Shown here piece after piece: positions 28,712-42,815 of a stretch of 64,000 nucleotides of DNA. A model generated the notes under the pieces. That model was not told the origin of the DNA. It saw only the letters and a list, made by a program, of their open reading frames with translations, and made no database searches. Each line of letters begins with the position of its first letter. The stretch's first letter is position 1. The DNA is from Paraspadella gotoi (taxonomy: Eukaryota > Animalia > Chaetognatha): contig CM119270.1 in NCBI GenBank assembly GCA_051294375.1, forward strand, positions 4,410,152 to 4,474,151, read 5' to 3'. Position numbers and translations under genes: made by a program.

Positions 28712-28890
28712 ACGAGACTGTGAGAGAGTCTTGATTGAAAGCTTGCAGGGACCTGCTATGTTATTAATTTATTATCTTGTAAGAGTGATGGAGGCCTTAA
28801 ACCACCAAAGCCTGTCCAAAGTCAGGGGCAAGATAGCTTATTTATTAAATGAATGGATAATTTTTATATTGGTTGTACCAATTTCATACA
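28712..28890. repeat. Dispersed repeat family E (copies ~42424-42500, 45767-45950, 48290-48365)
   Basis: Shared core tgtcc.aagtc.ggggc...ttaatgaatggataat...tgtaccaattt. Confidence 0.7.
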
Positions 28891-31800
28891 TTTTGGGTTT
28901 TGTTTTGATGAAATCGTATCGTCGGAAAATGAATCGGCATTTGACGTCTGTCGTCGTCGAGACGTAAAACGGTTTTTTCATCCGTTGTCGTCGGCGTTAC
29001 AAATCGGATATCTGAGCCTCTATCATATTTTCTGGCTTACGCTTGTTTTATCTGGAAAATCTTTCTCAACTATCATACTATGCCCCTTGCTTAAGCGCGC
29101 GATAGATCTAAAAAAATGAAATAAATATATTTCCGAAAAATTCAGTGGTGTATTAATTTTGTGTAATTGTGTAATGTTGCGTAATGATAATATAAGGCTT
29201 TGCAAAAGAGAAACCCAAGTGTCTGATAAATCGAACAACGTTTTAGTTTTAGTTGAGTTTACTTTTTAGTTTGTTTGAAATTAGTTCTCTTAGTCTGCGC
29301 TGCTGAGATATAAAATGTGATTTGCAGAATGAGTATAGATTTATCGATAGATATATTTTGAGAAGAACCAATATGTAATCACATCCGGAAAACCAAAATC
29401 CACATCCGGGGAGAATCAGAATATAACCCCCTCTTTTTCTACGTCTCGTACATCGTAAATGGATCGCGAGATGGCGCCGCGAATATCGCCTTAGATGGAT
29501 CCACTTTGACACTTGGCGCAAATTAAACGCTCTATTCCGTTATTCGGCGCCTCTTTACCATTGACTCGCGGCGCCCAATAGTCTGCCGGGCGCCAAGGCG
29601 GAAGCTTCCCGCCAAATCATAATCGACTTTTACGTTCGGTTATTTTTTTCCCCGATTTAGTTTTGATTGATGTGTTCGCGTTCTCTCACCGAAGACGAGA
29701 CAACATATATCGCTAGTTGTTTTGAATTGTCTCAAATTCAAAAGGAATTGAATAAAAAAAATATTCCGTCGAATAGAAGACAGAGAGTATAGTCCAAGTA
29801 GAAGATAGAAGATAGAAAAGAAAGCAAACGCGATTTTTTAACAAATCGAAAAACGAGAGAATTGTGAATCAATTTGATCATAATTCATAAGTCAATTTTT
29901 TTTTTCAAACGAATATCTTCCTTCTTTCCATTTTGCAAGATGATTTTTCATTTTTTCTGTTTAATATATTATTTTATATGTTTGTATTTATTTATATTTA
30001 TTGACTTTCATTCACAATTAAACTTTCAAAGTTACGTCTTACGGAACCCAAAGGATAAACGGTCGTCAGTCGTTTCAGGAAAAACTTCTTGTCACTGTGA
30101 ACATTGTGAACATTGTGAACATTGCGCGTTCCCTTCTATTTTCATAAAATGAAGTCGCGTCTACTTTCAAAAATATGTTTTTAAATATTCATTCCCGCTT
30201 TTGGTTCCTCGTTGCTCTTTTGTATTTTCTTACTGACACGGCAAGAGCCTTCATTAAAAGCGATTACTAGCGACATCTTCAGGTGTCTTTTGTTTTTAGG
30301 TACGTATTTAAGTAAGATGCAGTGCGTGGCTCCCGGGCTTTCGGGTCTAAACACTGGGGTGCCAACGTGGAACCTTTATAATCTCATCAGTTCACCACTT
30401 GTTTTAAACGGTTATTTTTGCTATTAAAATCAATTTTATAGATATTTGGAATTCTTAAAGCAACTCTTTGCATTTTATTGGCTGCAGAAACAAGTAAGAA
30501 ACGTCTCTTTAAACTTTATATATATTTTTGGTGAGTTTGCTTCTGGAAAAAACAAAAGGAACTAATTGCTGATTGCTCACTTGGTACGAGTTTGGATACC
30601 ATGGATACCGAACGAGTCAGACATTAAAGTTAATATCATGTCAACCTCAAAAAGCCAAAAAGTGTCGGCGAAAGAGGTAAAAACCGTAAAATATTATCCA
30701 TGGCTTTAGTGCCATTTCTCTGGGGGAAAAAAAAGATAAAAAAAAATCTAAAAATCAAAATAGGGCATTTTGCGTTTATTTCGCGAATTCGTCACTCGGC
30801 CTTTGAATCCGAGTTGCGGCAGCGGCAGCGGCAGCAGAGGCAGCGGCAGCGGCAGCAGAGGCAGCGGCAACAGAGGCAGCGGCCCAAATCCCGTCACAGA
30901 TGCCAGGATTTAATGACGTGAGCCGAGCTTCGCGTGATGTTGACGGCGTTGATGGGGACGAATGTTGGATTTTAATCTCGTTGGTGATGAAGTGAGGTGA
31001 TTGGTTTAACGTGACGTGATTGGTTTGACGTTTACTGCTTGTCGATCGACAGGAAAAACCGACGACCTACTTGAACAATTGCATTCCACAGTAACTGAGA
31101 GGTGCTTTTGGATCCCTTACCACATTAATTGTAAATATCCGTCAAAAAAAATGTTCCCCCCGCTTATGGAATAGTCAACTCGTTAACTGGCGTCCTACGT
31201 CAGAGCAAGAGCGTTGAGTTACGGATCGCCCGTCTATGTAACGGCGTGTCAACTGTCAACTGTCAACTGTCACGGCGTGTCAACTGTCAACTGTCACGGC
31301 GTGTCAACTGTCGAGCCGCGTCAAGAATTGGCGCGACTGCCCGCGACTTCCGGCTTGACGCGCAGGCGCCTCGCCACGTCAAATAAACAACCGAATCTGA
31401 CGGAATTCTTCGCACGTATCGTCGCCGCGGCCGAGCGAGAAAATCGCTTTTCTCTCTCTCCTCTCGTCGTGCGTCTCTCCGTCGCTGCGTGTGCTGTGTG
31501 CTCTCTCTCTCTCTCTTTTTTCATCTCGTCTCTCTCTCTCTCTCTCTCTCTTCTCTTCTCATTCTCGTCGTACTCCCTCATTCTCTCTTCTCTCTCGTCT
31601 CTGCTCTCCTCCTCTCTCTCTCTCTCTCTCTCGGGATTCCGCCCCCTCAGAAAAAAAACCCTAGGAGAGAGACAATCCCCTTTGCCGACATTCGCGAATT
31701 CGGATTCGACGGTTGAGGGCGTTTGAGGCGGCGAAGCCTCGCATCTCTTGTTGTCGTTGTTGTCGATTTCTCAGTTTGTTGTTGTTTTTCATTTTTAAAA

Positions 31801-32260
31801 TTTTTATCTCGTCATCGACGTCATTTTATATTTACTTAACATCGATTACTATATAAATCATCGGTCAAGCGTCTAGAATATATACAAATAATACAATTCA
31901 TAAAAAATTACGACTAAATTGTTTAGTAAAAAAAAAATAAGGAAGAATAATAAATAAGAAATAAAAAACACAAAAATTAAAATGATACGAAATTTTTTAA
32001 ATTATACTGATATAACAAAATGACCTCATCGGCTAGACTTGACTTGACTTGACTTGACAGGCAATCCGTAAAAAGGATCGTCCTCGTTGGTTATTTAATT
32101 AACTAACGACTATTCGATTCATTTCACGAATCGGTCACTAGTGAATCTATAAACGCGTGAAACCATGAAAATAAAACTTTATCCGATTACAAAACGAGCT
32201 TTCAGTAGGACAACGCCTTGTAGTTGGGCATTGCATAAGCATGACATTTTCAGTCTTACC

Positions 32261-32474
32261 CGGTGGCTCATTGAGTAAATGAGTATAGCCATTAGCTCAT
32301 GACTACAAGCTACCGGGTTCAATCCCAATCCGGTACCTACCCTGGCGGATGCGTTAGGAACCGCCGTAAACCGCCCTTAGGGCGTGGAAAATCTCTAGTC
32401 TGGTTCCAAACTTGGCCACTAGAGGGGTTAAAGAAGATGCGGATAGTCATCTTCAGCCCCTTTGGCGCCTTATC
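32261..32474 (+). mobile_element. tRNA-derived SINE family A
   Basis: A-box-like TGGCTCATTGAGT (~32264) and B-box GGTTCAATCCC (32316-32326). The body matches reverse-complement copies at 59395-59490 and 59936-60130. Confidence 0.8.
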
Positions 32475-32856
32475 AGTCGCCTCGTGGTCAGGCAATGTCC
32501 CGGAATAAGGGCTAGAACTCGGGACCGCAAAGACTCCTCGATCGATCCCTTCTTTGTCCTCGTCATCGTTGACGCAGGGTTTTTCCCAGGTGGAAAGGCG
32601 TTTCTCGGAATTGCTCTTTTATTTCGTGACCCCATTGTCGCCCTCGTCCCTCGTCCATCGAATCTCACTTGAGGCCGTTTGTTGTCGTCTCGGTCGTCGG
32701 AAGCGTTAACGCCTCCCAATTCGACGCCACCGGAGCAAATGGCCAGAAACCGACCTCGTAGTATCAAAGTAATAGAAAGGAAGTGAAAAAAAGGCTTACG
32801 ATTATTAGAAGAGTAAAATTACAAAATTAAAATTTGAATGTGAATACTTTAGCTTT

Positions 32857-32898
32857 AGCGCTGATGAAGACTCGAAACAGAGTCGAAACATGTCTGTT
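32857..32898 (+). ncRNA. Minimal type I hammerhead ribozyme motif (Penelope/retrozyme-like)
   Basis: CUGAUGA (32861-67), extra A, stem II GACUC/GAGUC, GAAA, palindromic stem III ACAUGU, GUC cleavage triplet (32892-94), weak stem I agcg/uguu; AATAAA ~13 nt downstream. Confidence 0.7.
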
Positions 32899-33204
32899 TT
32901 ATATTGAATAAAAACGTTGTTTGCCTAAAAACAAATCTCTCTGCTAATTGTTTTATAATAACTACAAAGATAAACAATATATTTTCTCTTCTATTAAATA
33001 ATTAATTCTCGCGAAAACATTCGTTCGAAAAAGAATCGAAAAGTGTTTCCGAATTTCTTTTCTCCACCTCAGAGATAATGCATATTTATATTTTAATTTT
33101 TACGTTTTCCTCTCCGTTATAATATATATTGTTTGTATCTAGGTTTTTATTACGTTTGTAACGAAGTAGAATTTTGTATTTTTTAAAAATGTTTTTTAAC
33201 GCCG

Positions 33205-33250
<46 letters not shown>

Positions 33251-33733
33251 GGTCGATTTTGAAATTTGTTCAATTTTTTTCAATTTTGTTCAATCTGATT
33301 CTCATTTTTACCGTCTTTTACATATTTAGAGTCCACTACTACTGTACTATACTACTATACTATACTACTAGAATTTACAACTACACTGCGTGTCCGTCGT
33401 CCATTTTATCGTCGTCTCCTCCTTTATCCACTTTGCCTAAAAATCCGCGAGACGAGAGACCATCTCGGATTTCGCTCGATTTTATTCATCGATAAAACGG
33501 CGCCAGTTGCGTCGCCATTCGAACAAAAGGCAATCGGAGTTTTATTGCCATTAAAATTTGAAAGATTTATATGATTTGATAATAAAACAATAGATTATTA
33601 AATATCTACTATTACAAAAACGATACAGTTTACTATTTAGCTCTTTTTAAAATTAATAATGATTTTATAATTCTTTAATAAGATGAGAAAAAACTTTTAA
33701 ATTCTCTCTCTCTTTCTCTCTCTCTCTTTCTCT

Positions 33734-33800
<67 letters not shown>

Positions 33801-34998
33801 TTATCATTCTTTCCGGTTTAAAACGCGCGTTTTTTAATTTCAATCACTTTTTTTTATCACACTTCAACGCCGCGAATCTGCGTCACTTTTATTGCGGTTG
33901 ACAATCGAGGATGACAAGATGACAGGATGACAAGTCATTCGAAGCGACAAGTTTTCTCCCACGTGTTATTAAAGGTTATTAAACGCGTTATTAAACGAAC
34001 AATACCGTATTATATCACCGTTATAATGTGTTTCTCTCGTCGCCGTTATCGTTACGGCCCTTTCGTTTTTATTAAAACGTTACATATGTAAATAATAGCG
34101 TTGCATGAAAGCGAAAACAATTATCCAAAGAAATCGGCATTTTTGGGAATCTAGGAAAACTGGCTGCAAAATCTTCAAATATATATATGTTTATTATGGA
34201 AGAGAAAAATTTCAAGCTCCAGATTTCAACTTTGGGACTATGAATTAAAAAAAAAAGGACTTGACTCGAAAAAAATTACAAAAAATGGACAAATAATAAT
34301 TATAATTGTCCTTCGCAAAATGAAATAAAATTTCGACCTACGTCATGAAGAAAAAAAATCTGGAGATAAAAAATGAAAGTGAGTTTAAAAAATTTAAATC
34401 TAAATCTAAGCCGAAGATTTTTTCGGGATCGGCCAAATCCCGAGACCTAAAACATTCGTAGACGAAATTTGGAAATGAGATTCGGACGAAACTCGATTTA
34501 CGTTCGGGGGTGGAGGTCCAAAGGGGGAGAGAGGAAATCAAGAGCACAGGCGGAGCCCCTTCACGAATTTCGTAAGCCAAGTTAATCATTACATCTACAA
34601 TAAGTTAATTTTTCAATTTATATCTATGTAACATTGAGTCAAACCTTGTATCATTGTATCAAATTTTAACAAATTGAAAAACAAGATGTTTCGTTATCCC
34701 ATGAGCTTTTCCCGGGCCCCCTTACAGAGCCCGGGCCCNNNNNNNNNNNNNNNNNNNNNNNNNNNNNNNNNNNNNNNNNNNNNNNNNNNNNNNNNNNNNN
34801 NNNNNNNNNNNNNNNNNNNNNNNNNNNNNNNNNNNNNNNNNNNNNNNNNNNNNNNNNNNNNNNNNNNNNNNNNNNNNNNNNNNNNNNNNNNNNNNNNNNN
34901 NNNNNNNNNNNNNNNNNNNNNNNNNNNNNNNNNNNNNNNNNNNNNNNNNNNNNNNNNNNNNNNNNNNNNNNNNNNNNNNNNNNNNNNNNNNNNNNNNN

Positions 34999-35032
<34 letters not shown>

Positions 35033-35739
35033 CTTTGATGTCTCGCATAGAATCCTTTCCAGGTCTCCGGAAATCAATCACTGCCACCAAAGAAAACTGT
35101 AAAATCCCTGAGTAATTGCATCTGAATCAGACATGAGGAGTTTTGGACTGTCTCTGCATCAATGCATCTTGCATCGGAGTCTCTGACTCATTCTACAATC
35201 TTTTAATCTAAAATTGTACTAGTATGGATAGATTGCACGTTTGCAATAATACAATATAACAATTCTATGATGGCTAAACAAAAAGTCCTTACTCGACAAG
35301 ATGCTGAATCTTTACATTTTCATTTATTTCCAACACCCATTGCGACTAAATGCATTTAGTTAAACTAAGTTTTAAAAGTTTTCTAATTCTGTTTTCCTAA
35401 ATTCTCCGTCGAAAAGAAGAAACAGAAACGAAGTGAATCGTTTCTAAGCTTCCATGTCACAAAACGAAAAATGTGCGTCCGTTAAACTTATTTACAGAAA
35501 AGCAAAACCGCAAAAGAAAATAAAAGGAAAAAAAAATATTTCGAACAAAAAAAAAGGGAAAAAAAGGAACAGGACAAAAAAAAAGAGGGCGTGACACGAC
35601 AAAAGATGGCGTGGCACGAAAAAGGAAGCGTGGCACAAAAAAAGAAGGCGTGGCACGATCCCATCTGCGCCGCATGAGTTTCTGTCATCAACTTTTTTGG
35701 GAGCAATTTTTCCCGCTGACGATTTTCCGCGCGAAATAA

Positions 35740-35811
<72 letters not shown>

Positions 35812-36768
35812 CATTCTCTCGGTCGTGCTGCGTGCCTTCGAAGAACGTCAGATATTTTTGGAATCTCAAATGTTAACAAGGAATATTTCTCACTCAGATG
35901 GTTTTGTCAATCGTCAATCCGGCTTTAATGTCATTTACATCAACGTCATATTTTATGTCCCTGTCATCATCATCACTCTCTCGTGGAAGTCTTTCGCCCT
36001 TGTCCGTTAACCTTTAGCCCTTAGCGCTTAGCCCTTACCTTTCATCTTATAGCCGCTTAGCCCTTCAGACTTTTAACTTATCGTTTAACCTTTAGTCGCC
36101 TTGCCCCTTTAACTTTTAGCTTCAAACCTCAGCCCTTCATTTTCAACCCTAACTATAAAGCCCTATAGCTTTAAGCTCTTAGCGGATTGAGTTTAACCAC
36201 TTAGCCACATATAACCTTCTAAAAACCAAAGGATTCCCAGTTTGCAAACCACTCCTTTTTTTTTCCCCCCGCCCGATCTCCAATCAACACTCATTCCCGA
36301 TTCTAATCAGCCATTATCCTAGAAATCCAATCAGGCACGTGGCGGCGAAGATCTCAGTTCTAATCAGCACCTCTCCCCTTTCCCCACTCCCTCCCTCCCC
36401 CTCTCTCCTCCTCTCTCTCCCTCTCCCCCCGATCGAGCTTCATTCGTCGCCCTCCTTTCTCTCTCCTCGTAAAAAATGGCGGAGGAAACTCGATTGGCGA
36501 CGCGCGGTCTTTTCCGGTCCGCGTGCGAGAGTGCGTGCGTGCGTGCAATGGTACGTACATCATAAGGCGCTGTGTATCACGTGAAATGGACAACGAAAAA
36601 ATACATAAACAACAAAAACAACAACAACGACGACGATAACTGATAACAGCGAAGATAAAAGAAAGAAAATGAAAGAGCGGGAATCTTTAGTGGAACTCTC
36701 TCTCTTCTCTCTCTCTCTCTCTCTTCTCTCTCTTCTCTCTCTTCTCTCTCTCTCTCTCTCTTTCTCTT

Positions 36769-36800
<32 letters not shown>

Positions 36801-36886
36801 TCTCTCTTCTCTTTATCTCTCTCTTCCCTTTCTCTCTCTCTCTCTTCTCTTTCTCTTGTCTTCTATTTCCTCTCGGTCTCTCTCTG

Positions 36887-36925
<39 letters not shown>

Positions 36926-37003
36926 CTCTTCTCTCTCCTCTCTCTCTCGCTCTCTTTCTTTCTCTCCTTCTCTCTCTCTCTCTCTCTCTCCATCTCTCTC
37001 TCT

Positions 37004-37041
<38 letters not shown>

Positions 37042-37066
37042 GAACTCATCCTCTTTCCCGTTTCAG

Positions 37067-37286
37067 GAAAAGTCGACGGTCAGCCCTTCGTCCTTTGCCG
37101 ACGCAATCGATTCCGGCGCAGAGTTTGCCGACCCTGCCGACCTCGGCGGCGCCGAATTTGCCGACTCTGCCGACCATGGTCGCGCCTCCTGGGCGTCGGA
37201 TCGATTCCGTGACGGAAGACGCCATCTTTTGTTCGTCAACGAAATTCGCTTCTCTTTTCATTTCGTTCGTATTTTTTTTTAAATAG
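37067..37286 (+). CDS. Putative terminal exon: P/T/S-rich stalk ending in a hydrophobic tail (GPI-signal-like)
   Basis: Polypyrimidine acceptor ttcccgtttcag at 37066; frame KSRRSALRPLPTQSIPAQSLPTLPT...FASLFISFVFFFK*; followed by a long T-rich UTR-like tract. Upstream exons not identified. Confidence 0.35.
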
Positions 37287-39624
37287 TAAATCAAGTTTTT
37301 TTTTTTTGATAGTTAAATGTTAAATATTCTGTACTTGGTATAAATTATATTTCGTTTCGTTTCTTTTCTTTCGTGTTAGTTTATTTCGTTTAATTAAGCG
37401 TACTCTTTTGACGTTATTACTTATCTTTATTTTTATTTTTCCGGTGTACTGTTTTTTTTTCGGTGAAAGATATAAAAACTAAAATAGTTTTAATTTTCGT
37501 GTGTGTGTGTGTTAGAATATAATAGATCGTGTATTGATATATTGTTATTTTTAACTAGGACGTCTTTTGTTTCGGAGTATTACTTTTGTCAACAAAAGAC
37601 GAAATTTATTTTTTAATGTTTTGTTAGAAAATGGATATTTTTTTTTCAATTAAGCTTACATTTATCGTTTCGCGTGGTTGTTTGTTTTTAAAAATTTTTT
37701 TTTTCGACCAATCTCAAGTGAGCTTGTTTGCTAATTTGCTTGTTTGTTTATTTGTTAATGATGTTGTTCCGTTGGAGTTAGCGATTTGTCGTTTTTGCTT
37801 TTTTTTTTCTTTTGAATCGATTCGCGTTAATTATTCCGCGTAAATAATAAAATAAAACACGTTGGTTTTTTTTTATCGGTTTTGTGAGTTGCAAAATAAA
37901 ATTACTTTTTTTAAAAATCGATAATAATGATGATATTTATTTTTTTTTCGGTTTTTTGGAAGTGGTTTCGATATTGGAGGATTAATAAGAAATTACGACA
38001 TCGAAGTTGTTTATGTGTTTTGTTTTTGTTTTTGTTTTTTTTTTTAAACCGAGGCTGGCGGTGATGACTTTGGGAAATAGAGGTCGCGACGAGAGTTCAA
38101 GAAACAAAAGGTACAACGTCAATTCGTGAGAGCGATTTTGTTATTTTTCAGAGTGGGAAATGAGAGTGTTTAGGTAAATACTATGCGTGACTCTTTGCAA
38201 TAGGGAACGGTTTCTTTCTTTTCAAAATCTTGAGGAGTTTGTTTTTTGTTGTTGTTTTTTTTTTAAATTTTCTTTTTCTTTTATTTTTTTTTTTGCGTTT
38301 TGTTTACAGTTACACGTGCGCTTTTCGCCTGCGAGCGTCACAACTTCCTTTAGGTCTCGCTGCGTGCGTTTGTTAGTTTGTAAGTAAGAATTTCCGCTTA
38401 TCAATATTGATTTTACTCAAAATATTTCTTTTTTTAATAAAGGGATTTTATTTGTTGGGGCTATGGTATTACAACGACGAGTGACAACGACTAGTAGTAC
38501 AAAATAATTAAGCTTTTTTTTTTTTATCAAAACTTCTGTTCGTATTTTTCGGTGAAAAAAGGTGTTAGTATTTTGTTTGTCGTCAATTTTGCTGTTTTGT
38601 TTTTCATTCCATACGGCGTCTATCCCTCTGGCTGGGGCAGATTTGGAGGGCTCAACATTTAAATGATGACACGAAACAAAAGGGAAATAAATTATCGAAA
38701 TCCGATAATTCTTTAAAAAATAAGAAATCTTTTTTTTTCTCCAAACTTGGTTTTTTGAAGTTTAATTTGAAAAAAAAAAATTGATACCGTTTTTCTTGAA
38801 AATGAGCCTTAAAAAACTATTTTTTAAAACTTTTAAATTTTTTTTTAAAACGGAAATTAAAGCGTTATTAGTAGCCAAAATATACGGGCATTTTTTTTTT
38901 TAGTTTTGTTTTCTATATTTCAGTTGATTTCAATGTTTTTTTTTTATATTTTAATTTTTTTTTAGAGGAAAGGAGTGTGTGTGAGTCTGATTGGCTTCTT
39001 TTTGTTTGTTTTTGTTTATTAATCCTAAGAAAAAATCCAGGAAGACGACGACGCTTCGAAAGACGCGCGGGTTTTTAGGCTCAAAACGACTGCCTGCCAG
39101 TTGCTAGGCAACGCGGGCGCTGGCGAAAAGAGGAGGAGGAGGAGGAGGAAGAGGAGGAGGAGGAAAAAGTGTGAGAGGAAGAAGGGGAGGAGAAAAGGAG
39201 GAAAGGAGGATGGAGAAAGAGAGGAGGACGAGCGAGGAGGAAGAGAGAAGGAGGGAGAGAAGGAATTATGGTTAAAACGAAAGACTAAAAACGATAAACA
39301 GTTGAAACAAAACTAAAAAAATATGAAAAAAATTATAATAATCAAAAACGATACGTTTTCCGATTATTTTAACGAACTTAGTATCGAATAAATTCTTTTT
39401 CATTTACATTTGTTTTATTTATTTGTTTATTTTTTTCATTTTAATTCCGACCAAAAATCAGAGATTAAAAGTCTCGCACCCGGGGACACGCGATTCGTCG
39501 AATCGCATTCAATTTGCATTCATGAATTTCAATTTCGTGAATGCAAATTTGTTTTTTTTCGGGAGAGACGAAATTGAGGGGCGTAAACGAAGAAAATTGA
39601 AGAGTCAATTGATTTCAGTGATGG

Positions 39625-39825
39625 GAAATGAATTGAGAAACGAATGGAGTGAAATAAGAAATGAATTAAGATATGAATGGCGTGAAACTAAAAATGAATT
39701 GAGAGATGAATGCAGTGAATTGACGAATGAATTGAGAAACGAATAGAGTGAAATAAGAAATGAATCTAGTTATGAATGGAGTGAATTTAAAAGTGAATTG
39801 AGAAATGATTTGAGTGAAATAAAGG
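39625..39825. repeat. 33-bp minisatellite (aatgaattgagaaacgaatggagtgaaataaga variants)
   Basis: About six degenerate units; in-frame stop present. Confidence 0.8.
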
Positions 39826-39861
39826 AAAAGGGAATTGAGTTGGTATTAAGGTCAATCCATA

Positions 39862-39898
<37 letters not shown>

Positions 39899-41918
39899 GG
39901 AAAAGTTCAGAAGAAAGAATATAAAAAGGAGGAAACGGCTTTTTCCCTGGGAGGATGAGAGGAGGAGGTCGAGGAGGAGGAGTTAGAAGAGAAGTTTGGA
40001 TGGGAGGAGGAAGAGGAGGAGCGAGTGAGGAGTGAAGCNNNNNNNNNNNNNNNNNNNNNNNNNNNNNNNNNNNNNNNNNNNNNNNNNNNNNNNNNNNNNN
40101 NNNNNNNNNNNNNNNNNNNNNNNNNNNNNNNNNNNNNNNNNNNNNNNNNNNNNNNNNNNNNNNNNGAAGGATGGAGAAGGCGTGAAAACAAGGAGAAGAT
40201 GATGTGGAGACAAAAAATTGAGACCGGAATCGGAGAAAGGACGAGGATTATGAAGGGGAGGAGGAGGAAGAGGAAAAGGAGGAAGAGGGAAGAGGAAGAG
40301 GAGGAGGAGGAAAAGGAAGAGGGAGGAAAACGGTGAGCTGGTGACAGAAAGAGAGAGAGAGAAAAAAAAAGGCTTTTGAGGCGCTTTGACCATTTGCTCT
40401 CTTATTAAATTGCTTTATTTACCGGTATTATTACTTTTATAAATTTTATTTTAAGAAAAAATAGCAGGAGAATAAAATAGTAAATTCTTGAACAGATTAA
40501 TTTCTTTTACATTGATACAAAAATTAACAAAGAGACCTAAGAGAGCGGGCGACCAAAATCACAGCCGAAACATTCACAGAAAGTATTTTAATGTTAATGA
40601 TGACTTTACCCTGGCTCTTTTCGTGATTGCCTGATTCTGGCAAATAGCTGATTAGGAAAAAAAAAATCCAACGAGTTATGAAAAAAATCTATTCTGGCGA
40701 CTCAAATTGAGCTCAAATTGATTGAATCAATCTTGACAATATCATCGCAGATGGAATCAGAACCAAGAATGGAATCGAATCCGCGACTGGGATGAAATCT
40801 ACCGAGGACTCTCCGATTGGATGAATCATCTTCGGGAATCAACCAATGAGAAGACGGGCTTCATGCCAAATTTAACGTTGTTTGTCAATAATTTTATTCA
40901 TTCCTTCGTACAACGAAAACCATCTCTAAGAAGTAAACACCACTTATAGAATTTTTCCCGCTTTATTCATTATTCATTATTCATTCCGGGCAAAGTTTAT
41001 TCTTTCCATCCTTTCATTCCTCATTTTCTCTCGCGTCAAAACATAAAAAGACGTCGAGAGGGAGAAAAAAAACCAACGACAATCAACGGCTCGGTGGGGG
41101 GGCGAGCGGGGGGGCGGGGGATTTCCGGATTTAACTTTATCAACAACGTTAATTCAATTTGCATGTTTATGCGAGGTTCCCCCGGCGGTTTATGTGCGGA
41201 GGTATTGAAGTCGGAATCAGTTGTTTTCGTTGTCACTGTCATTTTTTTTTATCTTCGTCAGTCAAACAAATTGAAATAAGTGTGTTAGAATATAATAGAT
41301 CGTGTATTGATATATTGTTATTTTTAACTAGGACGTCTGCAGGTAAATAGATAGATAACTTGGAACGATATTAAATAAAACATATAAATCGTTCTCCGTC
41401 AAATATCTTAGTTTTAATAACTAATACAGAATTTAATNNNNNNNNNNACTGTCATTTTTTTTTTATCTTCGTCAGTCAAACAAATTGAAATAAGTAAATA
41501 TAGATGGATGAAATAATAAATAATACGTACGCAGGTAAATAGATAGATAACTTGGAACGATATTAAATAAAACATATAAATCGTTTTCCGTCAAATATCT
41601 TAGTTTTAATAAGTAATACAGAATTTAATTACATATTTTGGTCATTGTCTTTTACGTCACTTTACGTCATTATGTATCTTCTGTTTTTATAATTTTTGAA
41701 ATAAAAAAAATACATAGATATTGCGCCTTTTCGTTAACACTCAGAATTTCAATTACTTTGCGGTAAGATTTTGATCTTAGCCATTTTTTGTGATTATATA
41801 AGAATTAATTTTTCTCTGATGAGAGAATTAAAAAAAAAAAACACTTGTACATTCGGAACGTCGGTGCTGATGGTCTCAGCTATCTATCTTCTCAATTAAA
41901 TGAAGAAACACAGAGAGA

Positions 41919-41952
<34 letters not shown>

Positions 41953-42815
41953 CTCCTTTATACTGATTAACTTCTTTTCTCATCCTGGCTTCGCAAATGA
42001 TAAACAGAAATCGTTCGCCAACTGAGAACGGATAAAACACAAAAGCAGAAAATTATCTTCATAATAGAAAGATTTCTTATCGTCTTTTCAATTTCTCCAT
42101 CGCATTGAGTGAAGATCGTTCATCCTTTTCCAAAGAGAAAATTATTTAAGAAATCTAATTCAATTATTTAAAAACAAAACAAAAAAAAACCTCAACGAAC
42201 AGATTGATTAATTATTTACACATATACTCGCCTAAATATTAACTCTCGTCATAATCGTTAATTTTAACGTTTTAAAGATTTTTAAGAGGCCGATTGCTGC
42301 CGCTCGTAATGCTCGTTGCAAGACGTTGCCCGTCATCCGTCCATCGAGTTTCCATCCCGAAATTTTACCATTTAACCATTTACCATTTTTTAAACAATTT
42401 TACCTCGCTAATAATTATCATGTAAGGTGATGGGGCCTCAACAAAAAGAGCCGTCCCAAGTCTGGGGCAGAGACTTTAATCATTAATTCCATGGATTAGC
42501 ACTTCTATTGCTTGATTGCATTGGTTGGTTGTTTCTTGTTTTGTTGTTTATAATCTTTACCAGTCATAAAGAGGCCTAAGTTCTATTAATCGCTATTGTG
42601 AAATTGGGTTCTCCTTTAACGTATTCATGATCGTCGTCATCGTCGTCGTATCCAGACGTCGTCGTCGACCGGCCAAAAGAAGCTCCATCTTCCGTCGAAA
42701 TTCCATCGATCCCACGGAGATCCGTCGGCCTTTGACGAAGAGTCGACAAAACGAAAGATCACAGTCGTTGACGACCGAGTTGACGTCATTTCCGGTGACG
42801 TTATTGGAATTGACG

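Noticed and set aside
36577-37049. ERERER/LSLSLS ORFs
   Set aside because: Translations of (AG)n microsatellites.
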